A stretch of DNA of 52,452 nucleotides from assembly GCA_045597265.1 (NCBI GenBank), contig JAZODX010000077.1, forward strand, positions 1-52,452, given 5' to 3'. This stretch comes from Eubacteriales bacterium. GTDB lineage: Bacteria > Bacillota > Clostridia > Oscillospirales > CAG-272. A program made the position numbers and the translations under genes. The notes beneath the pieces were generated by a model, which was not told the DNA's origin, ran no database searches, and worked only from the letters and a program-made list of their open reading frames with translations. The first letter of the stretch is position 1, and every line of letters begins with the position of its first letter. This document shows positions 34,962-44,976 of this stretch, one piece after another.

Positions 34962-35978
34962 ATGTCAAAAAATATCGGAATTGACCTGGGTACGGCCAAT
35001 ACCCTGCTTTACCTCAAAGGACGGGGTATCGTTCTGCGCGAGCCGTCCGTGGTTGCCATTGAGCGGCAGACCGAGCGCGTGCGCGCGGTCGGTCGTGAGG
35101 CCAAGCTGATGCTGGGCAAGACGCCCGGCTCGATTGCGGCCTACCGTCCGATCAAGGACGGCGTGATAGCTGACTTTGAAATTACCGCAGCCATGCTGCG
35201 TGACTTCTTCCGGCGCATCTCTGCCGGCAATATTTTCTCTCGCCCCTACGTTGCGGTCAGCGTACCCTACGGGGTGACCGAGGTAGAGCGGCGCGCCTTC
35301 AAGGATGCGACGCTTGAGGCGGGGGCGCGTGCGGTGGCTATGGTCACCGAGCCGATCGCGGCCGCCATCGGTGCGGGCCTGCGGGTCGGCGGGCCGCGCG
35401 GATGCATGGTGGTTGACATCGGCGGCGGAACGACCGAGGTGGCGGTGCTCAGCCTCGGCGGTATCGTGCGCTCGACCTCCCTCCGCATTGCGGGAGACGA
35501 GCTGGACGAGGCCATTATGCAGTACGTTAAGGCGAGATACGGTATCTCGATCGGGGAAACCTCGGCCGAGATGCTCAAGAAAAAGATCGGCTCGGTGCAT
35601 CCCTCCACCGACGAGGGCACGATGGAAATTCAGGGGCTGACCCAGCGCACGAGTATGCGGACGGGACTTCCCGCCGTTCTTTCGGTCTCCTCGGGAGAGC
35701 TGCGCGAGGCGATGTTCGACCAGGTGGAGCATATTCTCAAATGCATCTGCGATACGCTGGAGAAAACCCCCCCCGAGCTTTCGGCTGATATTTACGATTA
35801 CGGCATTATGCTCACGGGCGGCAGCTCATTGATGCGCGGTTTGCCCCAGCTGATTACCGAGCGGACGGGTATCCGCGTGACGCTGGCCAAGCATCCGCTT
35901 GACTGCGTTGCCCTCGGCCTCGGCCGCATGATCGATTCCGATAACAAATCGGACAGCAATCTTGAATATACCAATTAA
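34962..35978 (+). CDS. mreB: Rod shape-determining protein MreB
   Basis: IGIDLGTANT, EPSVVA, PIKDGVIAD, VDIGGGTTE, LTGG. Confidence 0.95.
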   Translation: MSKNIGIDLGTANTLLYLKGRGIVLREPSVVAIERQTERVRAVGREAKLMLGKTPGSIAAYRPIKDGVIADFEITAAMLRDFFRRISAGNIFSRPYVAVSVPYGVTEVERRAFKDATLEAGARAVAMVTEPIAAAIGAGLRVGGPRGCMVVDIGGGTTEVAVLSLGGIVRSTSLRIAGDELDEAIMQYVKARYGISIGETSAEMLKKKIGSVHPSTDEGTMEIQGLTQRTSMRTGLPAVLSVSSGELREAMFDQVEHILKCICDTLEKTPPELSADIYDYGIMLTGGSSLMRGLPQLITERTGIRVTLAKHPLDCVALGLGRMIDSDNKSDSNLEYTN

Positions 35979-36023
35979 CTTGCCGTTTCCGCACCTTTGC
36001 GGATAACGCAGAAAGGAGGCCGC

Positions 36024-36863
36024 ATGGGCAAATTTTTCCGCAGTCGATTCTTTTTCGTGACGGTGATCACCGCCCTGATTCTGGTGATCGTACCGACGGT
36101 TCTGTCTGCCATGGGGCTTTCCGATTACGTGCGCGGTGCACTGCAGACGGTGGCCTCTCCCTTCCAGGCCGCCTTTACCTGGGTTGCCGATGCAGTGGCC
36201 GGGTTCGGTGAATATTTTACCGCCTTTGACGAGCTGGCGGCAGAAAACGAGGCACTGCGCAAAAAACTGGACGAAGCGAACGATCAGCTCTATAATGCGC
36301 GCCTTCTGGAAGAGGAAAACGAGTGGCTGCGCAATTATCTCGGTCTCAAGCGCCTGCATACCGATTATCGCTTTGAGGAAGCAACCGTTATTGGACGCGA
36401 GGGAGGGAATTCGATTACCGTGCTCACCCTCAACCGAGGCTCCCTCCATGGAATCGAGAAGGGAATGCCGGTGCTGACCGACGGCGGGATTGTCGGTGCT
36501 GTCGTTGAGGTCAGTGCCACCTGGTGCCGCGTCGAGACACTGCTGGAAACGGCGTCTGCCGTTGGTGCGTACGTGGAGCGATCTGCGCAGAGCGGTATCG
36601 TCTCGGGCAGCTTTTCGCTGGCCGCAGAGGGGCTCTGCGTGATGAATTATCTGCCCGACGGCGCCGATATCCGAATCGGTGACCGTATTCTGACCTCGGG
36701 CATCAGCTCGGTCTATCCGCCCGGGCTTTATATCGGCGAGGTTACGGCGGTTCAGCCCGATCCCTACAGCCGGACCGTCACCGCCGAGATTACGATTGCC
36801 GTCAATCCGCACGCGCTCAGCCGCGTGATGATCCTGACCGATTTTGCGTCCTATACCGAGTAA
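36024..36863 (+). CDS. mreC: Rod shape-determining protein MreC
   Basis: N-terminal TM, coiled coil (ENEALR), NRGS..GI..GMPV, TSG..SVYPPGL.IG.V; RBS AAGGAGG. Confidence 0.92.
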   Translation: MGKFFRSRFFFVTVITALILVIVPTVLSAMGLSDYVRGALQTVASPFQAAFTWVADAVAGFGEYFTAFDELAAENEALRKKLDEANDQLYNARLLEEENEWLRNYLGLKRLHTDYRFEEATVIGREGGNSITVLTLNRGSLHGIEKGMPVLTDGGIVGAVVEVSATWCRVETLLETASAVGAYVERSAQSGIVSGSFSLAAEGLCVMNYLPDGADIRIGDRILTSGISSVYPPGLYIGEVTAVQPDPYSRTVTAEITIAVNPHALSRVMILTDFASYTE

Positions 36864-36959
36864 ACCGACGCCTGTCGATAACGGCACCGCGGGCGACCGG
36901 GAAAGCGATTCCGGCCGCTCTGCTCTATCCCCATTCTATCCCGACGAAAGGAGGAGTCC

Positions 36960-37499
36960 ATGTCACCGCAATTTTATACCGTGATCCGCAAAACGACCGT
37001 ATGGGGCGTTCTCCTTTTTTTGCTTGCCGTCGTGCAGACCGGCTTCTTTGCTCGGCTTGCGCTGATCTTTCCATACGGTGCGGTGCCCGACCTGATGCTG
37101 GCCGCCGTGATTGCCATTGCCATTTTTGACAGTGAGCGGGCGGGCGCGATTGCCGGAATCGCCGCCGGGGTGATCATCGGCGCACTCGGCGGAACGGGAC
37201 TGAATCTTCTGCCGATCGTTTATCTGCTCTGCGGCTACGTCTGCGGCATCTGGTCCACGATGAGTCTGAGCGCGAATTTTCCCTCCTGGTGTGTCTATAT
37301 GCTGGCAGGTGGGATTGCGCGCGGCATCGCTACCCTCGTGGAAATTGCTTTTTCCTATGCAGATTACGACTTTTTTGCCGTTTTGCGGCAAACGCTTTTT
37401 CCCGAATTTACGGCCACCGTCCTCCTCTCCCCGCTCATTTACCTCCTTGTGCGGCGTGTGGCGCTTTTCTTTAACCGAAGGCTCAAAATCCCGGATTGA
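36960..37499 (+). CDS. mreD: Rod shape-determining protein MreD
   Basis: Polytopic membrane protein with GAVPDLML, located after mreC. Confidence 0.85.
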   Translation: MSPQFYTVIRKTTVWGVLLFLLAVVQTGFFARLALIFPYGAVPDLMLAAVIAIAIFDSERAGAIAGIAAGVIIGALGGTGLNLLPIVYLLCGYVCGIWSTMSLSANFPSWCVYMLAGGIARGIATLVEIAFSYADYDFFAVLRQTLFPEFTATVLLSPLIYLLVRRVALFFNRRLKIPD

Positions 37500-37520
37500 T
37501 CCGCTATCCGCACAAAGGAG

Positions 37521-39632
37521 GTGCCGAGGATCAAAAAAAGACGTTCTTTTTTGTGGCGTTATACGGCGCTTGCCGTTCTGCTTGCGCTTGTGGGACTGGT
37601 CTATATTGCCCGTCTGGTCAATCTGCAGATTACCGCCCACGATCTTTATACCGCCGTTGATACGAAAACCTATACCCGTACCGTAAAAATCCAGGCCCAT
37701 CGCGGAGAGCTGTTCGATCGGAACGGCATACCGCTGGTGACCAACGTGAAGGGGTATAATCTGATTTTTGACTATTCCGCCATGCCGTACGGCTATGCGG
37801 CAGGAAACGAAGTAATTCTCGAAGCCATCGACGCCCTTGCGCGGACGGGAAATGCAGATAAACGGATCCGCCCCGTTTTCCCCTATCGTGGAAGTTATCC
37901 CCATTTTGCGCTGGACACCGATCTTCTGCGCAGTACGACCGTCGCCTCCCGCCACGCGCGGATTCTTGCCGACAACGAGCTTGACGAGGATAGCTCAACG
38001 GCCGAGCAGATTGCCTTTTTTGCCAAGAAATATAAGCTGCTTGACGCAGAGGGAGAGCCGCTTTACGATGCGGAAACCATGACCGAGCTCCTCGCCGTCC
38101 GCTATCACATGGAATATATCCGCTTCAGTGCAGTTGAGCCGTACGTGTTGGCTGAGGACGTCTCTCTTCCGCTGATTACCTACGTCAAGGAGCGGCAGAT
38201 TGACGGTGCGAGTTTCCTTGAGACGGTGGAGCGAAAGTACGAATTTCCCGGCTATGCGTCCCATATTCTCGGCTTCGTGCGTGAGATTCCTCAAGCGCAG
38301 CTTGCCTATTATACCGAGCTCGGCTATCCCATGAATGCCGTCGTCGGTATATCGGGGGCAGAGCAGGCCTTTGAGCAGTATCTGCGCGGACAGGACGGGG
38401 AGCTGACCATCGTTGAGGATGAAAACGGCAAAATCGTTGACTGCTACGTTTCGAAGGCGCCGGTGGCGGGAAACAACGTCCGCCTGACCATCGATATCAA
38501 GATGCAGATCGCCGCCGAGGATGCGCTGGTGGAGAATATCGCGTATATCCGCGAGAAGGCCGCGCAGACCGAGGGCACGCAGGACGGCGAGGATGCCTCG
38601 TCGGGCGCGCTGACGGCAATGAACGTAAACACGGGCGAGATTTATGCGATCGCGTCTAATCCCACCTACGATCTGTCCACCTATTCAACCGATTTCAACC
38701 GACTCAACAGTGACCCGAACCGCCCTATGGTCAATCGGGCGCTCAACGGCCTATATCCCCCCGGCTCAACCTTCAAGATCGGGGTTGCCGCCGCCGCACT
38801 GACCGAAGAGATTATCACGCCCTCCACCACCATTGAAACCAAGGGTATTTACGAGTACTATGCGCCCAGCTATACGCCCCGATGCTGGTATTATCTGCGC
38901 TATCGGATGTCGCACGGGGCGATCAATGTCACCAAGGCGCTCCAGGTTTCCTGCAACTATTTCTTCTACGAGGTCGGCAGACTGCTGACCGTTGAGAAGA
39001 TGAACGATTACATGAGCCGTTACGGGCTTGGCGAGCCCACGGGAATTGAACTGGCCGAGAAAACGGGCATCCTGGCGGGGCCTGCCTACCGTGAAACCCA
39101 CGGTCGTGACGCCTGGACACCGGGTGATACTCTGCAGGCGGCCATCGGGCAGTCGGATAATCTGCTGACGCCTCTTCAGCTGTCGGTTTATCTTTCCACC
39201 ATTGCCAACGGCGGTACGCGGTATGCGGCGCACCTTCTGCATTCGGTGCGTACGTATTATGACGATACGGTCGTCTACACCGCAGAGCCGACCGTGGTCA
39301 GCACGGCCGTGCTTTCCCCGCAAAATTACGGCACCATCATGACTGCGCTTAAGTCGGTTACCGAGGACGACGGCTCGGCGGCGCGCATCTTCCGCAATTA
39401 CGCCGTTGAGGTGGGCGGTAAAACGGGTACGGCGCAGGTCAGCGAAACCAAGAGTGACAACGCGGTATTTACGGCGTTCGCTCCCTGGAGCGCACCCGAG
39501 ATTGCCGTTTCCTGCATCATTGAGCAGGGAGCGAACGGTACCGACGCGGGTTTGGCCGTCAGAGAAATTTTTGACTTTTACTTTGGGCTCGGCGATTATG
39601 CGCCGGCCGATCCCGATACTCCCGCCGCTTAA
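37521..39632 (+). CDS. mrdA: Class B penicillin-binding protein 2 (MrdA-like)
   Basis: N-terminal TM, RGELFDRNG, GSTFK (SxxK), SCN (SxN), KTGTAQ; GTG start with RBS AAGGAG. Confidence 0.92.
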   Translation: MPRIKKRRSFLWRYTALAVLLALVGLVYIARLVNLQITAHDLYTAVDTKTYTRTVKIQAHRGELFDRNGIPLVTNVKGYNLIFDYSAMPYGYAAGNEVILEAIDALARTGNADKRIRPVFPYRGSYPHFALDTDLLRSTTVASRHARILADNELDEDSSTAEQIAFFAKKYKLLDAEGEPLYDAETMTELLAVRYHMEYIRFSAVEPYVLAEDVSLPLITYVKERQIDGASFLETVERKYEFPGYASHILGFVREIPQAQLAYYTELGYPMNAVVGISGAEQAFEQYLRGQDGELTIVEDENGKIVDCYVSKAPVAGNNVRLTIDIKMQIAAEDALVENIAYIREKAAQTEGTQDGEDASSGALTAMNVNTGEIYAIASNPTYDLSTYSTDFNRLNSDPNRPMVNRALNGLYPPGSTFKIGVAAAALTEEIITPSTTIETKGIYEYYAPSYTPRCWYYLRYRMSHGAINVTKALQVSCNYFFYEVGRLLTVEKMNDYMSRYGLGEPTGIELAEKTGILAGPAYRETHGRDAWTPGDTLQAAIGQSDNLLTPLQLSVYLSTIANGGTRYAAHLLHSVRTYYDDTVVYTAEPTVVSTAVLSPQNYGTIMTALKSVTEDDGSAARIFRNYAVEVGGKTGTAQVSETKSDNAVFTAFAPWSAPEIAVSCIIEQGANGTDAGLAVREIFDFYFGLGDYAPADPDTPAA

Positions 39633-39657
39633 AGGTACGGTGGGGAAAGGAGCGTTT

Positions 39658-40311
39658 ATGCCGAGAAAACCAAAAGCAAAGCTGACCGAAGCGGTGATTT
39701 CCGCGCTTGAGGCGCGTTACCCGGAGGCGGCCTGCGCGCTGCATTGGGCGGGCGAGCCGTGGCGGCTTCTGGTCATGGGACGCTTGTCGGCGCAGTGCAC
39801 CGACGCACGGGTTAATCTCGTCTGCGAAGGGCTGTTTGCCCGTTTTCCGACCCTCGAGGCTATGGCCGACGCACCGCTCGGCGAGATTGAGGAGCTGATC
39901 AAATCCTGCGGGCTGTTCCGCGGAAAGGCAAAGAATATCAAGGATGCCTGCACGATGCTTCGGGACGAGTTCAGGGGGGAGATGCCCTCCGCAATGGAGG
40001 ATCTGCTTCGTCTGCCCGGCGTTGGACGAAAGATTGCCAATCTTCTGCGCGGAGATATTTTCGGACTTCCCGCCATCGTGGCCGATACGCATTGCATCCG
40101 CATCTGCGGGCGGCTCGGGTTTTATGCCGAGTCGGTCAAGGATCCGGTGAAGGTGGAGCGGACGCTGGTGGGTATCATCCCGCCCGAGAAGCAGTCGGAC
40201 TTCTGCCATCGGATCGTCCAGTTTGGCCGGGACGTCTGCACGGCACGTTCGCCTGCCTGCAGTGAATGCGAACTGCGCGAGGTCTGCGCACACGCCGCAC
40301 GAAGCAAATAA
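39658..40311 (+). CDS. nth: Endonuclease III
   Basis: LSAQCTD.RVN, HhH LPGVGRKIAN, DTH, and the 4Fe-4S motif C-x6-C-x2-C-x5-C; ATG 39658 after AAAGGAG. Confidence 0.93.
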   Translation: MPRKPKAKLTEAVISALEARYPEAACALHWAGEPWRLLVMGRLSAQCTDARVNLVCEGLFARFPTLEAMADAPLGEIEELIKSCGLFRGKAKNIKDACTMLRDEFRGEMPSAMEDLLRLPGVGRKIANLLRGDIFGLPAIVADTHCIRICGRLGFYAESVKDPVKVERTLVGIIPPEKQSDFCHRIVQFGRDVCTARSPACSECELREVCAHAARSK

Positions 40312-40330
40312 AGCCGGCGGACGTTCAACC

Positions 40331-40383
40331 GAATAAGACGAAGGAGTACCGCGCAAAAAGCGCGGCACTCCTTCGTCTTATTC
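40331..40383. terminator. Long bidirectional terminator hairpin
   Basis: GAATAAGACGAAGGAGT-a-CCGCGC / GCGCGG-c-ACTCCTTCGTCTTATTC; includes the stop codon of the convergent small gene. Confidence 0.8.
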
Positions 40384-40596
40384 ATACGCCTCGGTCAGAT
40401 CAATGCCGAAGTAAGCGAGCAGCTCGGTCAGCGAGAGGGACTCCAGACAATCGGCGTGGTAGAGATCCCTTCCCTCGCGCAGGTACGCCTCTCCTTCTCT
40501 GATCGGCTCACCGCAATAGGCACATTGCCCGTGTGAGGGTGCGGCAGCGCCGGGGCAGGCAGACGGACAGTAAAGCTTATGACATTCCGTACACAT
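40378..40596 (-). CDS. Small Cys/His-rich putative zinc-binding protein (72 aa)
   Basis: CxxC...CxxxC...CxxC...HxxC; strong RBS AAGGAGG and its own promoter. Confidence 0.7.
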   Translation of the reverse strand: MCTECHKLYCPSACPGAAAPSHGQCAYCGEPIREGEAYLREGRDLYHADCLESLSLTELLAYFGIDLTEAYE

Positions 40597-40622
40597 ATCG
40601 TATTCCTCCTTTTAGGGATGAC

Positions 40623-40651
40623 AGGATACCACGCGTCGGGGGAAAAGTCAA
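40623..40651 (-). promoter_or_regulatory. Promoter of the small Cys-rich gene
   Basis: Minus strand TTGACT-N17-TATCCT with extended TG. Confidence 0.55.
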
Positions 40652-40720
40652 GCCTTTATCCGAGAGCGAAAAAACGAATCTCGGATATGGACAGGGTGGG
40701 AAAAACCTGGCGTCAAATGC

Positions 40721-40749
40721 TTGACAGCGAGGAAACAAGGGGATATAAT
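40721..40749 (+). promoter_or_regulatory. Consensus sigmaA promoter of the esterase cluster
   Basis: Perfect TTGACA-N17-TATAAT. Confidence 0.8.
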
Positions 40750-40799
40750 TAAGAGGAAGAATTCATTTGCCTCAACCTTGCTTTTGATGGGAGAACACG

Positions 40800-42251
40800 A
40801 TGGAATTCATACGAAACAAAGACCTGCTTGATGCGCTGGCGGCGCTTCATACGAACGTAATTTCGGTCAGTGCGGAGAGGGAAACCTTTACCGACCCCGA
40901 GGGGAAGGCCTATGAAAATCTTCCTTCCTTTCTGCGCGTAACGCTTGCATCAACCCCCGGAGAGCGCTCGGATATCCGACACGAGCTGTGGCTTCCCGAT
41001 GCGTGGAACGGCGTTTTCCTCGGTACGGGAAACGGCGGAATTGCCGGCGTGATCCGATACCATACGCTTGCGGCCCATCTGCGGAGCGGCTATGCGGTGA
41101 TCAATACCGATCTCGGCACCTCTGCGGGGCGTGACTGCGGGATCGGAAACCCCGACGTGTGGCGGGATTTCGGATGGCGTGCCACTGATCTGATGACCCG
41201 TGCGGGTAAGCTCGTCACAGAGGCCCGTTACGGACGACCGATCGATTACGCCTATTTCTGGGGTGGCTCGACCGGCGGTCAGCAGGCGATGTCGCTCGTC
41301 CAGCGCTTCCCCGAGGCATACGACGGTATCATTGCCAACGTTCCCGCAAGCAACCGCACCCATATGCACGCCTTCTTTCTCTGGGCACATAACCTAATTC
41401 GCAAATCAGGGGCAGAGCCCTTTACCGAAGAGGTTCTCGCGGAAGTTACCGCTTGTGCCGTTGACTACGGCCGCCTGACGGGCGTGCTTGCGCAGGATGC
41501 GCTTTTCTTTGCCAACCCGCCGTCGGATGCGGCGTTTATTGACGGCTTCGTCGCCTATCTGAAGGAAAATCTGCCCTCGCTTTCGGATGAACAGCGCACG
41601 CTTTTGCATCAGTTTTATCGGGGGCCAGTCAATCCCCGCACGGGAGAGCGGATCTACTGCGGTTTTCCCATCGGTGCGGAGTCGGGAAGGGAGATCATCA
41701 GCTGGCAGAGAAAGGAAGCTCCGCGGACCTATGTTGTTCGGTGGGGGCTCGGTGCAGACTACCTTGACCGTGATTTTGATCCGGATGCCGACGTCGACCG
41801 ATTGGACGATCTTCTTGCGGCGGATATGAATGCAAACAATCCCGATCTGCGCCCCTTCTTCTCGCACGGCGGGAAGCTGTTGATCTATTCTGGCAGTGCC
41901 GATCCCATCGTCTTCTTCCCCGAAGCGCTGAACTATTACGCGCGCATGACCGAGGCGGTGGGCGGCGTCGACGCGGCACTCGAGGGGGCTCGGCTTTTCC
42001 TCGTCCCCGGGCAGGATCACCGCGCTTCTCTGACGCGCTACGGTGCCGCAATGCTCAACGGAGCGCGAGAGATCCGCTCTGCCCTCCATCTGCTTCGCCT
42101 CTGGCGCGAGCAGGGTATCGCGCCGGACAGCCTTGAGGTGGTGACCGAGAGCGGCGACGTGCAGGGAAGAATGATGATCTATCCATACGGAAGTGGGAAG
42201 AATCCGATCACCGAACGACCCGCCTGTGCCGAGCGGTATCTCAGACGATGA
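40800..42251 (+). CDS. Tannase/feruloyl-esterase family alpha/beta hydrolase, copy 1
   Basis: ELWLP..WNG...GTGNGG, GGSTGG nucleophile, YDGIIA, DLRPFF.HGGKL..YSG.AD, PGQDH. Confidence 0.88.
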   Translation: MEFIRNKDLLDALAALHTNVISVSAERETFTDPEGKAYENLPSFLRVTLASTPGERSDIRHELWLPDAWNGVFLGTGNGGIAGVIRYHTLAAHLRSGYAVINTDLGTSAGRDCGIGNPDVWRDFGWRATDLMTRAGKLVTEARYGRPIDYAYFWGGSTGGQQAMSLVQRFPEAYDGIIANVPASNRTHMHAFFLWAHNLIRKSGAEPFTEEVLAEVTACAVDYGRLTGVLAQDALFFANPPSDAAFIDGFVAYLKENLPSLSDEQRTLLHQFYRGPVNPRTGERIYCGFPIGAESGREIISWQRKEAPRTYVVRWGLGADYLDRDFDPDADVDRLDDLLAADMNANNPDLRPFFSHGGKLLIYSGSADPIVFFPEALNYYARMTEAVGGVDAALEGARLFLVPGQDHRASLTRYGAAMLNGAREIRSALHLLRLWREQGIAPDSLEVVTESGDVQGRMMIYPYGSGKNPITERPACAERYLRR

Positions 42252-42293
42252 GCTCGCCTTGGTGTGAAGCACCTCGCTGCTCTCCTTAATATA

Positions 42294-42401
42294 CCTTCCC
42301 CGCCGGGGAAGGCTAACAGGGTGTCTCGCCGCCCGCTCTCATCGGATGGAGCCCTTTATTGCCGGTGCGAACTTTAACCCATCCTCGCCGGGAAAGGCTA
42401 A
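42294..42401. repeat. Two REP-like palindromes in direct orientation
   Basis: CCTTCCCC-GCC-GGGGAAGG-CTAA (42294-42316) and the degenerate CCATCCTC-GCC-GGGAAAGG-CTAA (42379-42401). Confidence 0.5.
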
Positions 42402-42531
42402 TTGGCCGTTTCCTCTGCGCGTGGTAAACAAAAGCACGAAAAAAGCAAATGTTTTCCTTTGTACGAGATAATCAGGGATAGTCGATTTTGGACGGTAATA
42501 TCTGCATTTGAGAAAATATGGAGGTAACGAT

Positions 42532-43998
42532 ATGAAACTTGAACAAAACGAACAGCTGATTTCCGCTCTGCGCGAGCTGGATACGGTCATGACCGAGGTA
42601 ACCGAGGAAGAGGGCAGTTATACCGATCCGCGCGGTAAGCTGCACACCGACCTGCCGCCCTTCGTCCGCGTGGCACTGCATTCGACACCCAGCGCGCGCT
42701 CGAATATCCATCACGAAATCTGGCTTCCTGCCGCGTGGAACGGATGCTTCCACGGAACGGGTAACGGCGGCATGGCGGGTATACTTGAGTACCATACGCT
42801 GGCCGAGCGTATAAAAATGGGCTATGCGACCATCAACACCGACCTCGGTACCTCCGACGGTCAGGATTTCGGCGTGGACAATCCCGAATTATGGAAGGAT
42901 TTCGGTTGGCGTGCGACCTATCTGATGACGCGGGCAGGCAAGCTCGTGACCGAGGCATACTACGGACGCCCGGTCGAGCATTCGTATTTCTGGGGCGGCT
43001 CGACCGGCGGTCAGCAGTCGCTTTCGCTTGCTCAGCGCTTCCCCGAGGAGTACGACGGCATTATTGCGACCGTACCCGCAAACAATCGCACGCATCTGCA
43101 CGCATATTTCCTATGGGGGTATCGGACGATCAAGGAAATGCGTCCCGAGCCCTTTACGCATGAGCTGCTTGACGCGGTCACATTGCACGCCGTTGCCTAC
43201 AGCCGTGCAACCGGGCACAGCGCACCCGAGGACCTTTTCGTGAACGATCCGTGTGCAGATTCTGCGTATATTGACGGATTTATCGCCTATCTTGCCGAGC
43301 ATATGCCCGAGCTGACCGAGGGACAGCGTGAGGTTCTCCGCCGTCTCTACGAGGGCCCTGTCAACCCGCGGACGGGTGAGCGGATTTACTGCGGTATGCC
43401 GATTGGCGCCGAGTCGCGGGGCGCGGGTGCACGCTGTGAAATGCTGACCTGGCAGTCGGACAGAGAGCGCGGACGAATCTATCCCTTCAACTGGGCCTTC
43501 GGCGCCGATTATGTCAAGGAAACCTTTGATTTTGATGCCGATCTTGATCGGCTCAACGCTCTGCTCGGCCCCGATATGAATGCAAACGATCCCGATCTGC
43601 GCCCCTTCTTCCGCCACGGCGGAAAGCTGTTCATGTATTCGGGCGCTGCCGACTCGATCGTTCCCTTCCCCGAGGCCGTACGCTACTGCACGCGCATGAT
43701 TGATGCGGTTGGCGGTATCGACACTGCGCTTGACGGCGCGCGCTATTTCGTCATTCCGAGTCAGGATCATACGGCAAACCCGGCAAAGCACGGCACGGCG
43801 ATCATGAACGATAAGTATGAAATCAAATCTCCCCTTGACGTGCTTCGTTTGTGGCGCGAGAAGGGCATTGCCCCCGATAGCCTTGAGGTGGTGACCGAGA
43901 TCGGTGACGTGCAAGGGAAGAAGACCATTTATCCCTACGGCAGCGAGAAAAATCCGATTGCCGAGCGTCCCGCCTGTGCGGACCGTTATCTTAACTGA
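42532..43998 (+). CDS. Tannase/feruloyl-esterase family hydrolase, copy 2
   Basis: Same motifs as copy 1; ATG 42532 after GGAGG. Confidence 0.88.
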   Translation: MKLEQNEQLISALRELDTVMTEVTEEEGSYTDPRGKLHTDLPPFVRVALHSTPSARSNIHHEIWLPAAWNGCFHGTGNGGMAGILEYHTLAERIKMGYATINTDLGTSDGQDFGVDNPELWKDFGWRATYLMTRAGKLVTEAYYGRPVEHSYFWGGSTGGQQSLSLAQRFPEEYDGIIATVPANNRTHLHAYFLWGYRTIKEMRPEPFTHELLDAVTLHAVAYSRATGHSAPEDLFVNDPCADSAYIDGFIAYLAEHMPELTEGQREVLRRLYEGPVNPRTGERIYCGMPIGAESRGAGARCEMLTWQSDRERGRIYPFNWAFGADYVKETFDFDADLDRLNALLGPDMNANDPDLRPFFRHGGKLFMYSGAADSIVPFPEAVRYCTRMIDAVGGIDTALDGARYFVIPSQDHTANPAKHGTAIMNDKYEIKSPLDVLRLWREKGIAPDSLEVVTEIGDVQGKKTIYPYGSEKNPIAERPACADRYLN

Positions 43999-44015
43999 AA
44001 AAAGGAGAAGCAGCC

Positions 44016-44970
44016 ATGACAATAGAACGAAATGCGGCACTGATTGCCGCCCTGCGGGAGCTTGATACTGAGATTGTGGAGGTATCAAGCGAGCAGGACG
44101 GCTACACCGATCCGTACGGAAAAACGCATACAAATCTCCCCCCCCTTCGTCCGTGTGCTGCTGCATTCGGTACAGGGCAAGCACTCGACGATCTATCATG
44201 AGATTTGGCTTCCTGCCATGTGGAACGGCTGCTTCCACGGAACGGGAAACGGCGGCATGGGCGGCAAAATTCTGTATCATACGCTGGCGGCCCGCATGAA
44301 AATGGGCTATGCGACCGCCAACACTGATCTTGGCGCTTCCGAGGGGGAGGCCTTTGGTGTAAACAATCCCGATTTTTGGCGGGATTACGGCTGGCGCGCG
44401 ACCTATCTGATGACGCGGGCGGGCAAGCTCGTGACCGAGGCCTACTACGGCCGTCCGATCGAGCATTCGTATTTCTGGGGCGGATCGACCGGCGGTCAGC
44501 AGGCACTTTGTATGGCAGAGCGCTTCCCCGAGGAATACGACGGCATCATTGCCGGTGCGCCCGTAACGAACCGCACACAGCTGAACGTGTATGGAATCTG
44601 GAACTTCCGGACGTTCGGGGAGATCGGTCCCGAGCCCTTCACGCAGGAGATGCTTGACGAGGTCACGCGGCACGCCGTTGCGTACAGCTGCGCAACCGGA
44701 CACAGCGAGCCGGGAGATATTTTCGTGAGCAATCCTTGCACGGACGAAGCCTATATTGAGGCGTTTATCGCCTATCTTGCCGAGCATATGCCCGAGCTCA
44801 CGAAAAAGCAGCGTGAGGTTCTCCGCCGACTGTATCACGGTCCGATCAACCCGCGGACGGGTGAGCGGATTTACTGCGGTATGCCGATTGGCGCGGAGTT
44901 GCGGGGGGCGGGTACGCGCTGTATGTCGATGGTCGAGCATCCTATGTGTGCCGAGCTCTACGGTAAATAA
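44016..44970 (+). pseudogene. Tannase/feruloyl-esterase family hydrolase, copy 3 (frameshift plus internal deletion)
   Basis: N-terminus matches copy 2 up to a C8 run at 44138-44145 (one extra C). Homology then continues in another frame and jumps from ...GTRC to the C-terminal tail. Confidence 0.85.
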
Positions 44971-44976
44971 AAGCAT

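Noticed and set aside
43111-44976. 621-aa minus-strand ORF with an internal repeat
   Set aside because: Antisense to esterase copies 2 and 3; its repeat simply mirrors the paralog duplication.
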